Counted from the stretch's first letter, positions 19,567 to 30,422 are shown. The stretch: DNA of 64,000 bases from an uncultured Caldithrix sp. (GCA_964461135.1 CAYWTB010000001.1:8082-72081); one strand, 5' to 3'. Numbers and translations are program-made. Notes: generated by a model from the sequence alone, not told the origin.

Positions 19567-20034
19567 CTAACCTCCAGAATTTTTGATTATTTTGCCCATA
19601 AGTAACATACCGGTTGCGGGAGCCCTGCCGGAGATACGGGGTGAAAACCATTTCGACCGTTCTATCCATCTGTTCAGAATATACAGAACCGGTACAGACA
19701 GAAGAAACCCCGCAACCGCTCCCCAGATCCCGCTATTCTGAGATCTGACGATACCTGTCCCTGCAAAATAGCCTGCAATAATAAATAAAATCGGCAACAG
19801 GAATACAATCAATGAGGCCATAATTCTTGGGCTTTCTTTGTATTCCAGGTAAACCATTTCTCCCTGCCGGATACCCTCCACGGTGGGTACTTCAATAAAA
19901 CGGTAATTCGAATTCGGCCCCGCAAACACACAGGCAGTTTTGGCAGCACAGACACTGCATTGTTCTCCCGTATGCAGCTGCACAGTTGTACTTTTTCCGT
20001 CTATTTCGGTAATTTTGCCAATCTCGCGACCCAT
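19567..20034 (-). CDS. RseC/MucC-like protein (Cys-rich N-terminal domain plus 2 TM helices)
   Basis: CSVCAAKTAC motif followed by two hydrophobic helices. 155 aa. Confidence 0.45.
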   Translation of the reverse strand: MGREIGKITEIDGKSTTVQLHTGEQCSVCAAKTACVFAGPNSNYRFIEVPTVEGIRQGEMVYLEYKESPRIMASLIVFLLPILFIIAGYFAGTGIVRSQNSGIWGAVAGFLLSVPVLYILNRWIERSKWFSPRISGRAPATGMLLMGKIIKNSGG

Positions 20035-20481
20035 GTTTTCAACCTCTACTTATTACCCGTCTTTAAACTATATAAACACAAAAATGATGCCATTATCAAT
20101 AATGTTTAAGATTTTATATAATTATTAAAATCCGATTAAATATTCACTTTTTTCCTGTTGAATATTCTACAAAATCAACACGAATCGTAGAATTTTCATC
20201 AGGCATCCCCGGATAATCTTCACAAGGCTTCTTCTTTCAGGCATCTCCACGAATAATAAACGAGAAGCCGGCATATAACTACTTCACCTGAACATTTTGG
20301 AGACTTTCCCTGAATGCCCGGTAAACGTTCTCCCAGGGATGCAGTTTGATATGCACTTCAGTGACTCCGAACGGTTTGACAATGGGCAGGACTACCGGTC
20401 AGAGACTGGCAAACCGGTTAGACGGTAATTTCAAATCCAGCACTACCCAGTGTTTCCCTGCCGCCAGCGAACGGCCGCTAT

Positions 20482-23400
20482 TTATAACGATGCTGCCGAT
20501 ATCCCCTTTACTTCCCGGCTCTTCCACAGGTAGTAGATGGCTGGAATTACCACCAGCGTGAGGATAGTAGAAGTAATCATGCCGCCCACCATGGGCGCAG
20601 CAATACGCTTCATCACCTGCGAACCGGTACCGGTTCCCCACAGGATGGGCAGCAGACCGGCCATAATGGCCGTGACTGTCATAATTTTGGGGCGAACCCG
20701 CTCCACGGCGCCTTCGATGACCGCCGCGTAGAGGTCTGTCATGCTGCGCATCTTTCCGGCAAATTTCCGGTTGTTGTAAGCATGATCGAGATAAATCAGC
20801 ATCACCACACCGGTCTCCGCCGCCACCCCGGCCAGTGCAATAAAACCGACTCCTACCGCCACGCTGAAATTGTATCCCAGGATATACAGAAACCAGATAC
20901 CACCCACCAGCGAGAAGGGCAGGGAAAGCATCACGATCAGGCTTTCCTGGATGTTCTTGAAATTGAAGTACAGCAACAGCAAAATGATCAGCAATGTTAC
21001 CGGAATGACAATACGCAGGCGCTGCTGGGCCCGCTGCATGTATTCGTACTGCCCGCTCCATACAAGGCTGTAACCTTCGGGAAATTTCACCTGTTCATTC
21101 ACAATTTTCTTGGCATTTGCCACGTAGGTTCCTACATCAATGTTCTTGATATCCACATACAGCCAGGCGCTTTTGCGGGCGTTCTCACTTTTGATTACCG
21201 GCGGCCCTTTTTTAATATGCACATCCGCGATATAACTTAAGGGAATCTGTGCGCCTGTCGGGGTGGGAATCAGCACCCGGTTCAGGGAATTTATATTGTC
21301 CCGAAGCTCCCGCGGGTAACGCACGTTCACCGGGTAACGCTCCAGCCCTTCCACCGTGCTGGTCACATTCATTCCACCAATGGCGGACATGATCACATCC
21401 TGCACGTCGCCCACCGTCAACCCGTAACGGGCTGCTTCTTGCCGTTTAATGGTATAATCGAGATAATTTCCACCGACGGTTTTGTCCGGGAAAACACTCA
21501 ACGTTCCCTTCACACCTTTCACTACTGCAGCGATTCGCTGGCCGAGATCGGAAAGCGTCTGCAGGTCCGGTCCCATCAACTTAATTCCCACCGGCGTTTT
21601 AATGCCAGTGGAAAGCATGTCAATCCTGGTTTTTATTGGCATTGTCCAGGCATTGGTTAGTCCCGGAAACCTGATGGCATTATTCAGCTGATCTATTAAT
21701 TTATCCATGGTCATACCTGGACGCCATTCGTTTTCCGGTTTCAGGGTAATCGTCGTCTCAATCATGGACAGAGGCGCCGGATCGGTGGCGCTTTCCGCCC
21801 GCCCGATTTTCCCGAATACATCTTTTACCTCCGGAAAACTCTTGATAATTTTATCAGTCTGCTGCAACAGTTCTTTTGCCTTGGTGATGCTGATGCCCGG
21901 ATCCGTCGTAGGCATATAGAGCAGGTCGCCCTCGTTCAACGGCGGCATAAATTCCGAGCCGATATGCTCCACCGGGAAAATGGAAATGAACAGAATCACC
22001 ACCGCTATAATGATAGTCGTCCATTTGAATCGCAGCACAAGGTTGATCGCCGGGCGGTAAACCCTGATCAGGAAACGGTTGATGGGATTCTTCTCCTCCG
22101 GAATGATTCTTCCCCGGATGAAATAGCCCATCAGCACCGGTACCACGGTGATGGCTAACAAGGCTGAGGCGGCCATTGCATAGGTTTTTGTAAAAGCCAA
22201 TGGTTTGAATAATCGTCCTTCCTGCGCCTGCAGAGTAAAGACTGGAAGAAAGGACAGCGTTATGATAAGTAAGGAGTAGAAAAGCGCCGGGCCAACCTCC
22301 TTCGATGAATCGATTATGATTTGCCAGTGATCTTTTTTGCCGGCGTCACGCTCGATGTGCTTGTGAGCATTCTCAATCATCACGATGGCGGCATCCACCA
22401 TGGCCCCGATGGCAATGGCAATTCCGCTCAATGACATGATATTGGCGTTCAGTTCCTGGAAATACATCACCAGGAATGACATGAGGATGCCCATCGGAAG
22501 TGTAAAGATCGCCACGAAGGCACTGCGGAAGTGCAGCAGAAAAATGATGGTGACCAGGGCCACGATAATGCTTTCTTCTAGCAGCTTATGCTCAAGGTTT
22601 TTAATCGCCCGTTCAATCAGCGATGAGCGGTCGTAGGCCGTTTTGATGGTGACCCCTTCCGGCAAACCCTTTTTCAGTTCTTCGATCTTTTCCTTCACCG
22701 CGTGAATGGTTTTCAGGGCATTTTCACCATAGCGCATAATAATCACACCTCCAACCGTTTCACCCTCCCCGTTCCAGTCCGCCAGACCGCGGCGCAGTTC
22801 GGGACCTATATGCACATTCGCAATGTTTTTAATCAGGACAGGAGTTCCGTTTCCGTCAACACCCACCGGTACATTTTCCACGTCTTCAATGGATTTGATG
22901 TAGCCCAGTCCGCGCACCATAAATTCGGTCTCGCCGGACTCCACCAGGCGGCCTCCCACATCATTGTTACTGCGCTTTATGGCCATTCTGACTTTTGAAA
23001 GCGAAATGTTGTAGGCATCCAGTTTGTTGGGATCGACCTCCACCTGATATTGCTTGACATAGCCGCCAATGCTGGCCACTTCGGATACACCGGGTACGCT
23101 GGTTAATTCATAGCGAAGATACCAATCCTGAATAGAACGGAGCTGCTGCAAATCATATTTATCGCCTCCGTCCAGAGTATATTCATACACCCAGCCCACA
23201 CCGGTGGCATCCGGTCCCAGGGTTGGCGTTACTCCCTGCGGTAAGCGATTGGCGACGTAGTTCAGGTATTCGAGCACCCGGCTGCGCGCCCAGTAAAGGT
23301 CGGTTCCGTCTTCAAAAATGATATAAACAAATGAAAGACCGAAAAAAGAATATCCCCGTACCACTTTGGCGTACGGTACGGCAAGCATCGCCGTGGTGAG

Positions 23401-23637
23401 CGGGTAAGTAACCTGGTCTTCCACCACCTGCGGGGCCTGTCCGGGATATTCCGTGAGTATTATTACCTGAACATCACTCAAATCGGGGATAGCGTCGACT
23501 GGCGTCCGGAACATAATATACAGGCCGGCTAAACCGATAATTACCGTAAAGATGATGATCAGGAATCGGTTGTTCACCGAAGCTTCTATGATTCTTTCTA
23601 ACATGAAATTATCTCCATCTTCCTTTTCATAAATCAA
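20482..23637 (-). CDS. cusA: CusA/CzcA-family heavy-metal efflux RND pump
   Basis: 1051 aa, 12-TM RND architecture. The N-terminus matches CusA. The true start is probably the internal Met at about 23604 (MLERIIEASVNNRFL). Confidence 0.9.
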   Translation of the reverse strand: MIYEKEDGDNFMLERIIEASVNNRFLIIIFTVIIGLAGLYIMFRTPVDAIPDLSDVQVIILTEYPGQAPQVVEDQVTYPLTTAMLAVPYAKVVRGYSFFGLSFVYIIFEDGTDLYWARSRVLEYLNYVANRLPQGVTPTLGPDATGVGWVYEYTLDGGDKYDLQQLRSIQDWYLRYELTSVPGVSEVASIGGYVKQYQVEVDPNKLDAYNISLSKVRMAIKRSNNDVGGRLVESGETEFMVRGLGYIKSIEDVENVPVGVDGNGTPVLIKNIANVHIGPELRRGLADWNGEGETVGGVIIMRYGENALKTIHAVKEKIEELKKGLPEGVTIKTAYDRSSLIERAIKNLEHKLLEESIIVALVTIIFLLHFRSAFVAIFTLPMGILMSFLVMYFQELNANIMSLSGIAIAIGAMVDAAIVMIENAHKHIERDAGKKDHWQIIIDSSKEVGPALFYSLLIITLSFLPVFTLQAQEGRLFKPLAFTKTYAMAASALLAITVVPVLMGYFIRGRIIPEEKNPINRFLIRVYRPAINLVLRFKWTTIIIAVVILFISIFPVEHIGSEFMPPLNEGDLLYMPTTDPGISITKAKELLQQTDKIIKSFPEVKDVFGKIGRAESATDPAPLSMIETTITLKPENEWRPGMTMDKLIDQLNNAIRFPGLTNAWTMPIKTRIDMLSTGIKTPVGIKLMGPDLQTLSDLGQRIAAVVKGVKGTLSVFPDKTVGGNYLDYTIKRQEAARYGLTVGDVQDVIMSAIGGMNVTSTVEGLERYPVNVRYPRELRDNINSLNRVLIPTPTGAQIPLSYIADVHIKKGPPVIKSENARKSAWLYVDIKNIDVGTYVANAKKIVNEQVKFPEGYSLVWSGQYEYMQRAQQRLRIVIPVTLLIILLLLYFNFKNIQESLIVMLSLPFSLVGGIWFLYILGYNFSVAVGVGFIALAGVAAETGVVMLIYLDHAYNNRKFAGKMRSMTDLYAAVIEGAVERVRPKIMTVTAIMAGLLPILWGTGTGSQVMKRIAAPMVGGMITSTILTLVVIPAIYYLWKSREVKGISAASL

Positions 23638-23752
23638 TAGTCATTCATTCAATGTCTGGTGTCGGTTGTTTGCGATCCGCAGCCGGCTTCCTTTCAATCA
23701 CCGCTTCAAAATCGGCAATCCGGAAGGGCCGGGACTACGGACCCTATAAAAC

Positions 23753-25327
23753 TTACATTTTCATACCCTGCTTCTGATCATGCTGCATGTCCGGCATTCC
23801 CTGCCCGGCTTCATGATCTTTGCCCGGCATCGCTTCTTTCTGGTTCTTCTCGGGCGTTTCCATGGACCGGGGCTTTTGCTGCCGTTCTTTCAACATTTTC
23901 TGAATCGCTTCCTGCAAGCGGCTTTCACTGTCCAGCATGAATTGACCGGAAGTCACAATCTTTTCGCCTTCCAGGAGACCGGATAGAACCTGCACATAAT
24001 CGTTCCCGGGACCGCCGGTTTCCCCTGTTTTTATATCGCGCGGTTCAAATTTTCCTTCACCCCGCGTAACAAAAACCACATTCCTGCTGCCGGTCCTGAT
24101 AATCGCTTCATTGGGAATGACCAGCGCATTGGGAACTGTCTTCCCTTGCAAATAAACATTGGCATACATGCCCGGCTTCAAATCCAGGTCGGGATTGCGA
24201 AATTGCAAACGGATTTTGACTGTGCGAGCTTTTTCATCCAGATAGGGATAGACATACGAAACTTTTCCCTCATATTTCTTATCGGGGAGATAAGAAAGTT
24301 CAGCATTGGCCTTCTGCCCCTCCTGTATCCACGGTAGTTCATAATCGTAAATGCTTGCTTCAATCCACACCGTGGAAAGATCGGCAATTTTGTAGAGATC
24401 CATCCCAGACAGCACATGCAATCCATCAACCGCATTTTTGTGCACTACCACACCGGTGGCCGGTGCATCCAGACGCAATGTTTTTCTCACTTCTCCGGTG
24501 CTCTCCAGGCGCTCAATTTCGGACGAGGGTATGTCCCAGTAATCTAGTCGTTGCCGGGTAGATTTTAAGAGCGACTCTGCGCTCTCGCGTATGGACTCAA
24601 ACTTGCTCTGACTCACTGCTTTTTTATTGTTGAGAGCTAACAGGTATTCTTCCTGTGTCGTGACCAGGTCAGGTGAGTAAATTTCCAGCAGCGGCTGTCC
24701 TTTTTGCACCATTTGACCGGTAAAATCAACATACAGTTTTTCGATCCAGCCGGAAATTTTAGTGTTCACGGTATACAGATTCTCTTCGTTATAATCAATA
24801 AGCCCGACCGCCCGGATTTCCCGGCTGAAATCCATTCGCTGCACAGTGGTGTAACGCACATTCATGTTCTGGACCGTTACCGGATCGATGACCACGCTCC
24901 CGCCCTCCCCGGCTGCTTCATCGTCATATACCGGAACCAGGTCCATGCCCATTCTGGATTTACCGGGATGGTCATAAATTTCGCTGGGATCCATAGGAGC
25001 CTTCCAATAGAGAATTTTGCGATCCTTTTGCTTCCCTTCTATACCTTGCATATCTCCGTGATCATGTTCCTGCACTATCGCGGTTTGCTTCACCGGAACT
25101 AGGTCCATACCGCACTTTGGGCACTGGCCGGGTTCCTCCATAATTACTTCAGGATGCATACCGCATGTCCAGAGTTGGGAATCCAGTCCTGCAGAGCCGG
25201 ACGAAACAGATTTATCTGGGTCACCGGATCCTTTCAACAGTAAAAATCCAACCACGAGGGCGATAATCAGTACTACACCAACGGTTATATTGAGACCCGC
25301 TTTTCGATTCATGTTATTCCTCCACAA
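23753..25327 (-). CDS. cusB: CusB-like RND efflux periplasmic adaptor with N-terminal CxxC heavy-metal-binding motifs
   Basis: CGMHPEV...CPKCGMDLVPV and a second MDLVPV repeat. Membrane-fusion-protein domains. Met/His-rich C-terminal tail. Confidence 0.8.
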   Translation of the reverse strand: MWRNNMNRKAGLNITVGVVLIIALVVGFLLLKGSGDPDKSVSSGSAGLDSQLWTCGMHPEVIMEEPGQCPKCGMDLVPVKQTAIVQEHDHGDMQGIEGKQKDRKILYWKAPMDPSEIYDHPGKSRMGMDLVPVYDDEAAGEGGSVVIDPVTVQNMNVRYTTVQRMDFSREIRAVGLIDYNEENLYTVNTKISGWIEKLYVDFTGQMVQKGQPLLEIYSPDLVTTQEEYLLALNNKKAVSQSKFESIRESAESLLKSTRQRLDYWDIPSSEIERLESTGEVRKTLRLDAPATGVVVHKNAVDGLHVLSGMDLYKIADLSTVWIEASIYDYELPWIQEGQKANAELSYLPDKKYEGKVSYVYPYLDEKARTVKIRLQFRNPDLDLKPGMYANVYLQGKTVPNALVIPNEAIIRTGSRNVVFVTRGEGKFEPRDIKTGETGGPGNDYVQVLSGLLEGEKIVTSGQFMLDSESRLQEAIQKMLKERQQKPRSMETPEKNQKEAMPGKDHEAGQGMPDMQHDQKQGMKM

Positions 25328-25356
25328 ATAAAATTATATTTTAAAATTCTCTTTTT

Positions 25357-26655
25357 TCATTTCTGATTTAAATTGACGCCGGTTGCAGCTTCCAGTTCGG
25401 CTTGCTCTTTGCTGAAGTCGGACAAAAACCGGTAATAATCCAGTTCGAAATTGAACAGTGAAATTTCATTATTCAGAAGTGTTAGAAAATCGACCTTATC
25501 AGTCTGGTAACCCGCAATGGCCGAGTTCAACGACTGGGTTGCCTGGGGAATGATGCCATTTTCATACAATTGGATCAGGTGTAAATTTTTGGTCACATCA
25601 CTCAACGTTTTGTCCAGGTCAGAGTACACCTGGTTTTGCACATTCCGGTAACTCTCCTGCACCATCTCATGAGTATAACGGGATTCTTCCACATTTTTGT
25701 TCTGCTTACGCCAAAAATAGAGCGGAACATCCACCGTAACCAGACCGGATAGGAAATCCATTCCGCCGGTGCCATTCTGAAGTCGATCCCGCTGGGTGTA
25801 AGCCACTCCAAGCCTGAAATCCGGTAAATACCCTTTCTTTGCCAGGCTGATTTTCTTATCGCTCTGCTGCAGCATGGCCTGCCAGGCTTTGAACAAAGGG
25901 CGGTTCTGATCCGCCATCTCCTTTACCTGCGGCAAATTGTATTGCAAAGAATCAATTACCGGTTCCACTGTTTTTCCCACCGGCGTGCCGACCGGACGGT
26001 TCAGCAGGGAATTCAACCGGGCAGCAATGGCATCTCGTTTTTGCTGCAGGGTTACCGACCGCTCTTCCATTTTGGACAATTCCACCTGCGCCTTTAAAAC
26101 ATCCTGCTGCAAGCCTTCCCCCACCGAGTAACGGGATTCCGCAATGCGGGTAAAATCCTTCAGAATACCGGTGTTCTTCTCGACTGTCTCTAAGGATTTA
26201 TCAATAAAAAAAATATCGTAGTAGGACAATTTTATATTTTTAATCAATTGATTTTTTAGTTCCTGGTATTTTGCTTGCGAAATCCCGGCACCTGCGACGG
26301 CAATATCTTCACGCAGACCCAATTTCCCGGGAAATGGGAACATCTGCATCAACGCTACCTGCTTTCCCGTCATCGGTTCCTGATCGAAAGCAAAACTATT
26401 TACCGGGAGGTTTAGAAGATTTAAACTTAACTGGGGATCCGGCAATGCACCGGCCTGCGGAATTTTAGCCCGGTCAGCCTGCCAGTTTTCAAAACCGGCC
26501 TTTAAATCGGGATTATTCGATAAACCTTCCTGGATGATTCTGGCTAAATCTTCAGTTGAACCCGCCTTCTGCCCTGTAAGCAATGAGGGTATTGCCAGAA
26601 ATATCAGTATGAGACTTAATAATCTTGTTTTCTTCATCTTGTAGAAATCCTCCAA
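25357..26655 (-). CDS. cusC: TolC-family outer-membrane efflux protein (CusC-like)
   Basis: Signal peptide, two OEP repeats, 432 aa. Co-oriented with cusBA. Confidence 0.8.
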   Translation of the reverse strand: MEDFYKMKKTRLLSLILIFLAIPSLLTGQKAGSTEDLARIIQEGLSNNPDLKAGFENWQADRAKIPQAGALPDPQLSLNLLNLPVNSFAFDQEPMTGKQVALMQMFPFPGKLGLREDIAVAGAGISQAKYQELKNQLIKNIKLSYYDIFFIDKSLETVEKNTGILKDFTRIAESRYSVGEGLQQDVLKAQVELSKMEERSVTLQQKRDAIAARLNSLLNRPVGTPVGKTVEPVIDSLQYNLPQVKEMADQNRPLFKAWQAMLQQSDKKISLAKKGYLPDFRLGVAYTQRDRLQNGTGGMDFLSGLVTVDVPLYFWRKQNKNVEESRYTHEMVQESYRNVQNQVYSDLDKTLSDVTKNLHLIQLYENGIIPQATQSLNSAIAGYQTDKVDFLTLLNNEISLFNFELDYYRFLSDFSKEQAELEAATGVNLNQK

Positions 26656-26684
26656 ATTTTCTCAGGGAAAATTCCATTCCCGGA

Positions 26685-27083
26685 TTATGGATCTGTCTTG
26701 TTAAATTTATGAGTTGCTTTTTTTCGGTTTTTCATCACAGAAAAATAGACAATCAAGGCACATAAGAAGAGACTTCCCCACCAGAAAAAAGCATAATGCT
26801 GCAAATATATATCGATTAACCCTGCGGAATCGGAGCGTTCATCCACCGGTTCTCCATCAGATTCATCTGTCATTTCAGTGACTGTTTGGTTAGCGTTTTG
26901 ACTCCCGGTAAATATTTGAGGGTAAAAATCTCCACCGTCAAATAACTTGTGATAAAGACAGGTATAATACGAATTAATCTTTACCGGAAAAAACAACACT
27001 GTTCCTGCAATTCCCAAAATAGTAATGACTAATAATACTGGTTTTGTTATTCTCATCCGATTATACAATTTTAATAATTTCAT
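26685..27083 (-). CDS. Hypothetical membrane protein
   Basis: Two predicted TM segments, acidic central region. No recognisable domain. Confidence 0.4.
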   Translation of the reverse strand: MKLLKLYNRMRITKPVLLVITILGIAGTVLFFPVKINSYYTCLYHKLFDGGDFYPQIFTGSQNANQTVTEMTDESDGEPVDERSDSAGLIDIYLQHYAFFWWGSLFLCALIVYFSVMKNRKKATHKFNKTDP

Positions 27084-27428
27084 GCCACTATTTCATTTCA
27101 TTTTTTATAGACAATTATCATACCAGAATTATAAACCCATTTACTCATACAACATAACCCACGTGTATCTAATTGATTATTAAGCAATTAGAAAATAATT
27201 GTATCACAAAATTAATTTACTTTAGTTTTTAAAATCAGAAAATATTCGGAGTATTGTAGAATATCCTACAATAAATGGTGTAGAATATTCTTCATTTTTT
27301 CTTTTCCCCTCCGAAGAATCAGGCCGGATATCCGATGAACACCAATCAGTTTTGTTTTTTATATTGTGAAAAACAGGCGGCTTTTCTTATTTTTAGTATC
27401 TGGAATTCACAAAAAGGAGAGCAGATAG

Positions 27429-28217
27429 ATGAATCTGGGTTTGAAAGGTAAAAATGTGCTGGTACTGGCCTCCAGTGATGGTATCGGCAAGGGAATAGCC
27501 CTGGAATTCGCACGTGAGGGGTCAAATGTGATGCTGTTCGCCAGGCGGGAGGATAAACTTAAGGAAGTAAAAAAAGAAATTGAGGATCAGAACGGCGGAA
27601 AAGCCGAGTATATGGTGGGAGACATCACAAACCCGCAGGATATAGAGCGCGTGGTAGATAAGATATTGACCGAATTCGGGTCTATTTTTGTCCTGATCAA
27701 CAATACCGGCGGACCTCCCGCCGGCACATTTGATAAATTTGATGACGACGCCTGGTTGCAGGCTTTTAACCTCACTCTGTTAAGTTACATCCGCAGCATC
27801 CGGGCAGTCCTTCCATCCATGCAGAAAAATAAACAGGGTCGCATTGTAAATATTGCCTCCTCTTCCGTCAAAATCATCCTGGACAATCTAATACTATCCA
27901 ATACCTTTCGCATGGGCATTGTGGGACTGTCTAAGACCCTGGCCAGTGAACTCGGGCCTTATAATATTATGGTTAATGTGCTGGGACCCGGTAAAATTCT
28001 GACGGACCGGGTGGAGCACCTGGACGGTATCCGTGCCGGGCGGGCGGGTGTCTCAAAAGTTGAATACCAGAAAAAAGTACAGGATGGTATCCCGCTGGGC
28101 CGCTATGGTTTACCTGAGGAATTTGCAAAAATGGCTGTTTTCCTGTGTTCGCAGGCCAACACCTACATCACCGGACAGACCATTATGGTTGACGGCGGAC
28201 ATATCAGGGCTTATTAA
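27429..28217 (+). CDS. SDR-family oxidoreductase (FabG-like)
   Basis: VLVLASSDGIGKGIA Rossmann motif. YxxxK-type SDR core. 262 aa. Confidence 0.8.
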   Translation: MNLGLKGKNVLVLASSDGIGKGIALEFAREGSNVMLFARREDKLKEVKKEIEDQNGGKAEYMVGDITNPQDIERVVDKILTEFGSIFVLINNTGGPPAGTFDKFDDDAWLQAFNLTLLSYIRSIRAVLPSMQKNKQGRIVNIASSSVKIILDNLILSNTFRMGIVGLSKTLASELGPYNIMVNVLGPGKILTDRVEHLDGIRAGRAGVSKVEYQKKVQDGIPLGRYGLPEEFAKMAVFLCSQANTYITGQTIMVDGGHIRAY

Positions 28218-28707
28218 ACCGGGACCGGATACAGAAGGATTGGACAGCTGAAATCCGAAAAAATTCCGCTTTATAAGGTTTCCGGCAGCCAAAGTTTCCT
28301 GTTTTACTACCACTCCGGAGGATTTTACCTTAGAGGTATTGCACAAGACAAGTTTCAATACTCACAATGCTAAAACACAAGATCCGATTCATCATACCCC
28401 GGCAAACCGGTAAAAAATGATTTTCTCATTAAATATATTATTTCACAAATCCGAATTATCTTGCCTCGTCAGTAAAATTACACTAATTTTACCGACGTTT
28501 TAGAGAAGGATGGTGACGCCAAAAATCCTAACGGTCAATAAATGAATTATCATGGCCAGACGGATGTAATATAAAAGACAGACATTTCTTTAAACCTTTC
28601 ATATAAAATTTTTGCAACTCAAACAGATGAGATGTGTCCCTGCCACCCGAAAAGGATAGCGCAGTCAACATTTAAAACAATGTTCATAAAATAAAAGGAG
28701 AATCCAT

Positions 28708-29575
28708 ATGAATAGAATATTAATATTTTTCACTGGCCTGGCTATGGTTGTGATGATATCGGCCGCTTTCAGTCAGATTCCTAATTCCGGCTTCGAACAA
28801 TGGGCAGCCGGCAATCCGGTGGGTTGGGCAACTCCCAATTCACCCGGCTTTTTTGTTCCCATTACTCAATCCACTGATGCCCACTCAGGAACATATGCCG
28901 TTAAGGGGCAAGTGGTGAATTTTGTTGGACTGGCCATTTCTCCCAGCCTGGTATCCGGTGATTCTCTCGGAGGTTTCAGCTTTAACCAGCGGCCGGCAGC
29001 ATTGCAGGGTTATTACAAGTACTCTCCGGTGGGGGGAGATCTTTTCTTTGCCACTGCCATATTTTATTCACAGGGGATGGGGATTGCCTTTGGCGAGATA
29101 TTAATTTCCAATACTGCCACAGGTTATACTCAGTTTACGGTCAATCTCGATTATTTCAGTAATGACCTCCCGGACACCTGCTACCTCCATATTCTTTATT
29201 GCAGATACAGCCACGGGTGAATCCCACGTAGGATCCACCTTCTGGCTGGATGACCTTTCGTTCTCCGGGACGGTGGGTATTGCTGATAACCAGCCTGCGC
29301 CGGTACCTGCCGGGTATGTTCTTTTCCAGAACTTTCCTAACCCGTTCAATCCCTCCACTACCATCTCTTTTAATCTGCCGGAGCCGTCAAATGTGACTCT
29401 GGTAATCTATAACAGCATCGGTCAGGAAGTAAGCCGTCCGATCAATCACGAAATACTTGGCACGGGAAACCATTCCGTCAATTGGTCTGCCCAGGATTTA
29501 CCCAGTGGAATCTATTTTTACCATCTGATCAGCGAAGCAGGCATGCTCAACCGCAGGATGATTCTGATGAAATAA
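28708..29575 (+). pseudogene. Secreted protein with T9SS C-terminal sorting domain, split by a +1 frameshift near 29185-29200
   Basis: Signal peptide at 28708. Frame 1 ends at 29220 and frame 2 continues from 29162 through FQNFPNPFNPSTTISFNLP...GIYFYHLI (T9SS CTD). Confidence 0.6.
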
Positions 29576-29735
29576 AAAAATTATTAACTCTGAATACGGA
29601 TTTTGATGTCCTGTGAGCGGCTGTTTTTAAGAATCGTTTCGTCTGTAGTTGATAAACGATCGCATGAAATCCCTGACCTGAATCTCTTGTGCGAGTGAGA
29701 TATAATCCTTTTCCCGGGGATTTGAAAAATATGGG

Positions 29736-30422
29736 TTACAATGGCTCAATTTCCCTGGTGAGAAATCCGGAAGTGCTCACTAATACCACGTACTGTTTGG
29801 CATCATCCGATGCCTGAAAAACGGCATTTCCATAAACGCTGTTTACGAACGGTAATTCCGGTCCATATTCATAAAGATATCTCCACAGGGGATCATTTTC
29901 CTTTTTAACCAGCGAATAAATAGTCGGTTGCCGGTTGATTTCATCTTCCGTACTAAGATACCTGCCACGAAGCCGGGTTAAGCGGTAGCGTGTCCCCAGA
30001 CCCATGAAATTCATCCAGTTATCCCATTTCAAAATATCACCTTCCAGAACCCATTGATCTCCCCGGATTAAGTACTGGCTGGTGATCTGGGAATCGGGAG
30101 AAAAGTACTGGATAAGCGTTAAACGGCTGGTGTGGTCATCAGTTACCGGTTCAACGATTACCCGGGCAACCGCCCTCTCCAATGTAAACGAATGGTAGGC
30201 CTGCAGAAAAAATCCGGCGAACATCACTACTGAAAAAACTGAAATCCAGAGAACCAGCAGGATTAAATTCCGAAAGCCGGCCAGTATTTTGGGGGAACCA
30301 GCTTTTTTCCTTCGAATTACCTTCAACATCCATCTTAATCGCCGGTACAACAGAAAAAATATGGATAATACTCCCAGAAGCAAACCGGCCATTCCGATAT
30401 AAACATAATTATCTGGAGCCAT
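29736..30422 (-). CDS. Hypothetical membrane protein
   Basis: N-terminal TM helix plus a second TM. No recognisable domain. Confidence 0.4.
   Translation of the reverse strand: MAPDNYVYIGMAGLLLGVLSIFFLLYRRLRWMLKVIRRKKAGSPKILAGFRNLILLVLWISVFSVVMFAGFFLQAYHSFTLERAVARVIVEPVTDDHTSRLTLIQYFSPDSQITSQYLIRGDQWVLEGDILKWDNWMNFMGLGTRYRLTRLRGRYLSTEDEINRQPTIYSLVKKENDPLWRYLYEYGPELPFVNSVYGNAVFQASDDAKQYVVLVSTSGFLTREIEPL

Noticed and set aside
19403-19669. 88-aa highly basic ORF
   Set aside because: Overlaps the 3' end of the rseC-like gene on the same strand in another frame. Probably spurious.
20399-21061. 220-aa Arg/Gly-rich ORF
   Set aside because: It is an alternative frame of the GC-rich cusA gene on the same strand. 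The composition-driven open frame is spurious.
17135-26655. Calling the metal-resistance block a mobile element
   Set aside because: No integrase, transposase, tRNA target or flanking direct repeats are visible in the window. Only a GC shift supports horizontal origin, so it is reported as a finding and not annotated as a mobile element.
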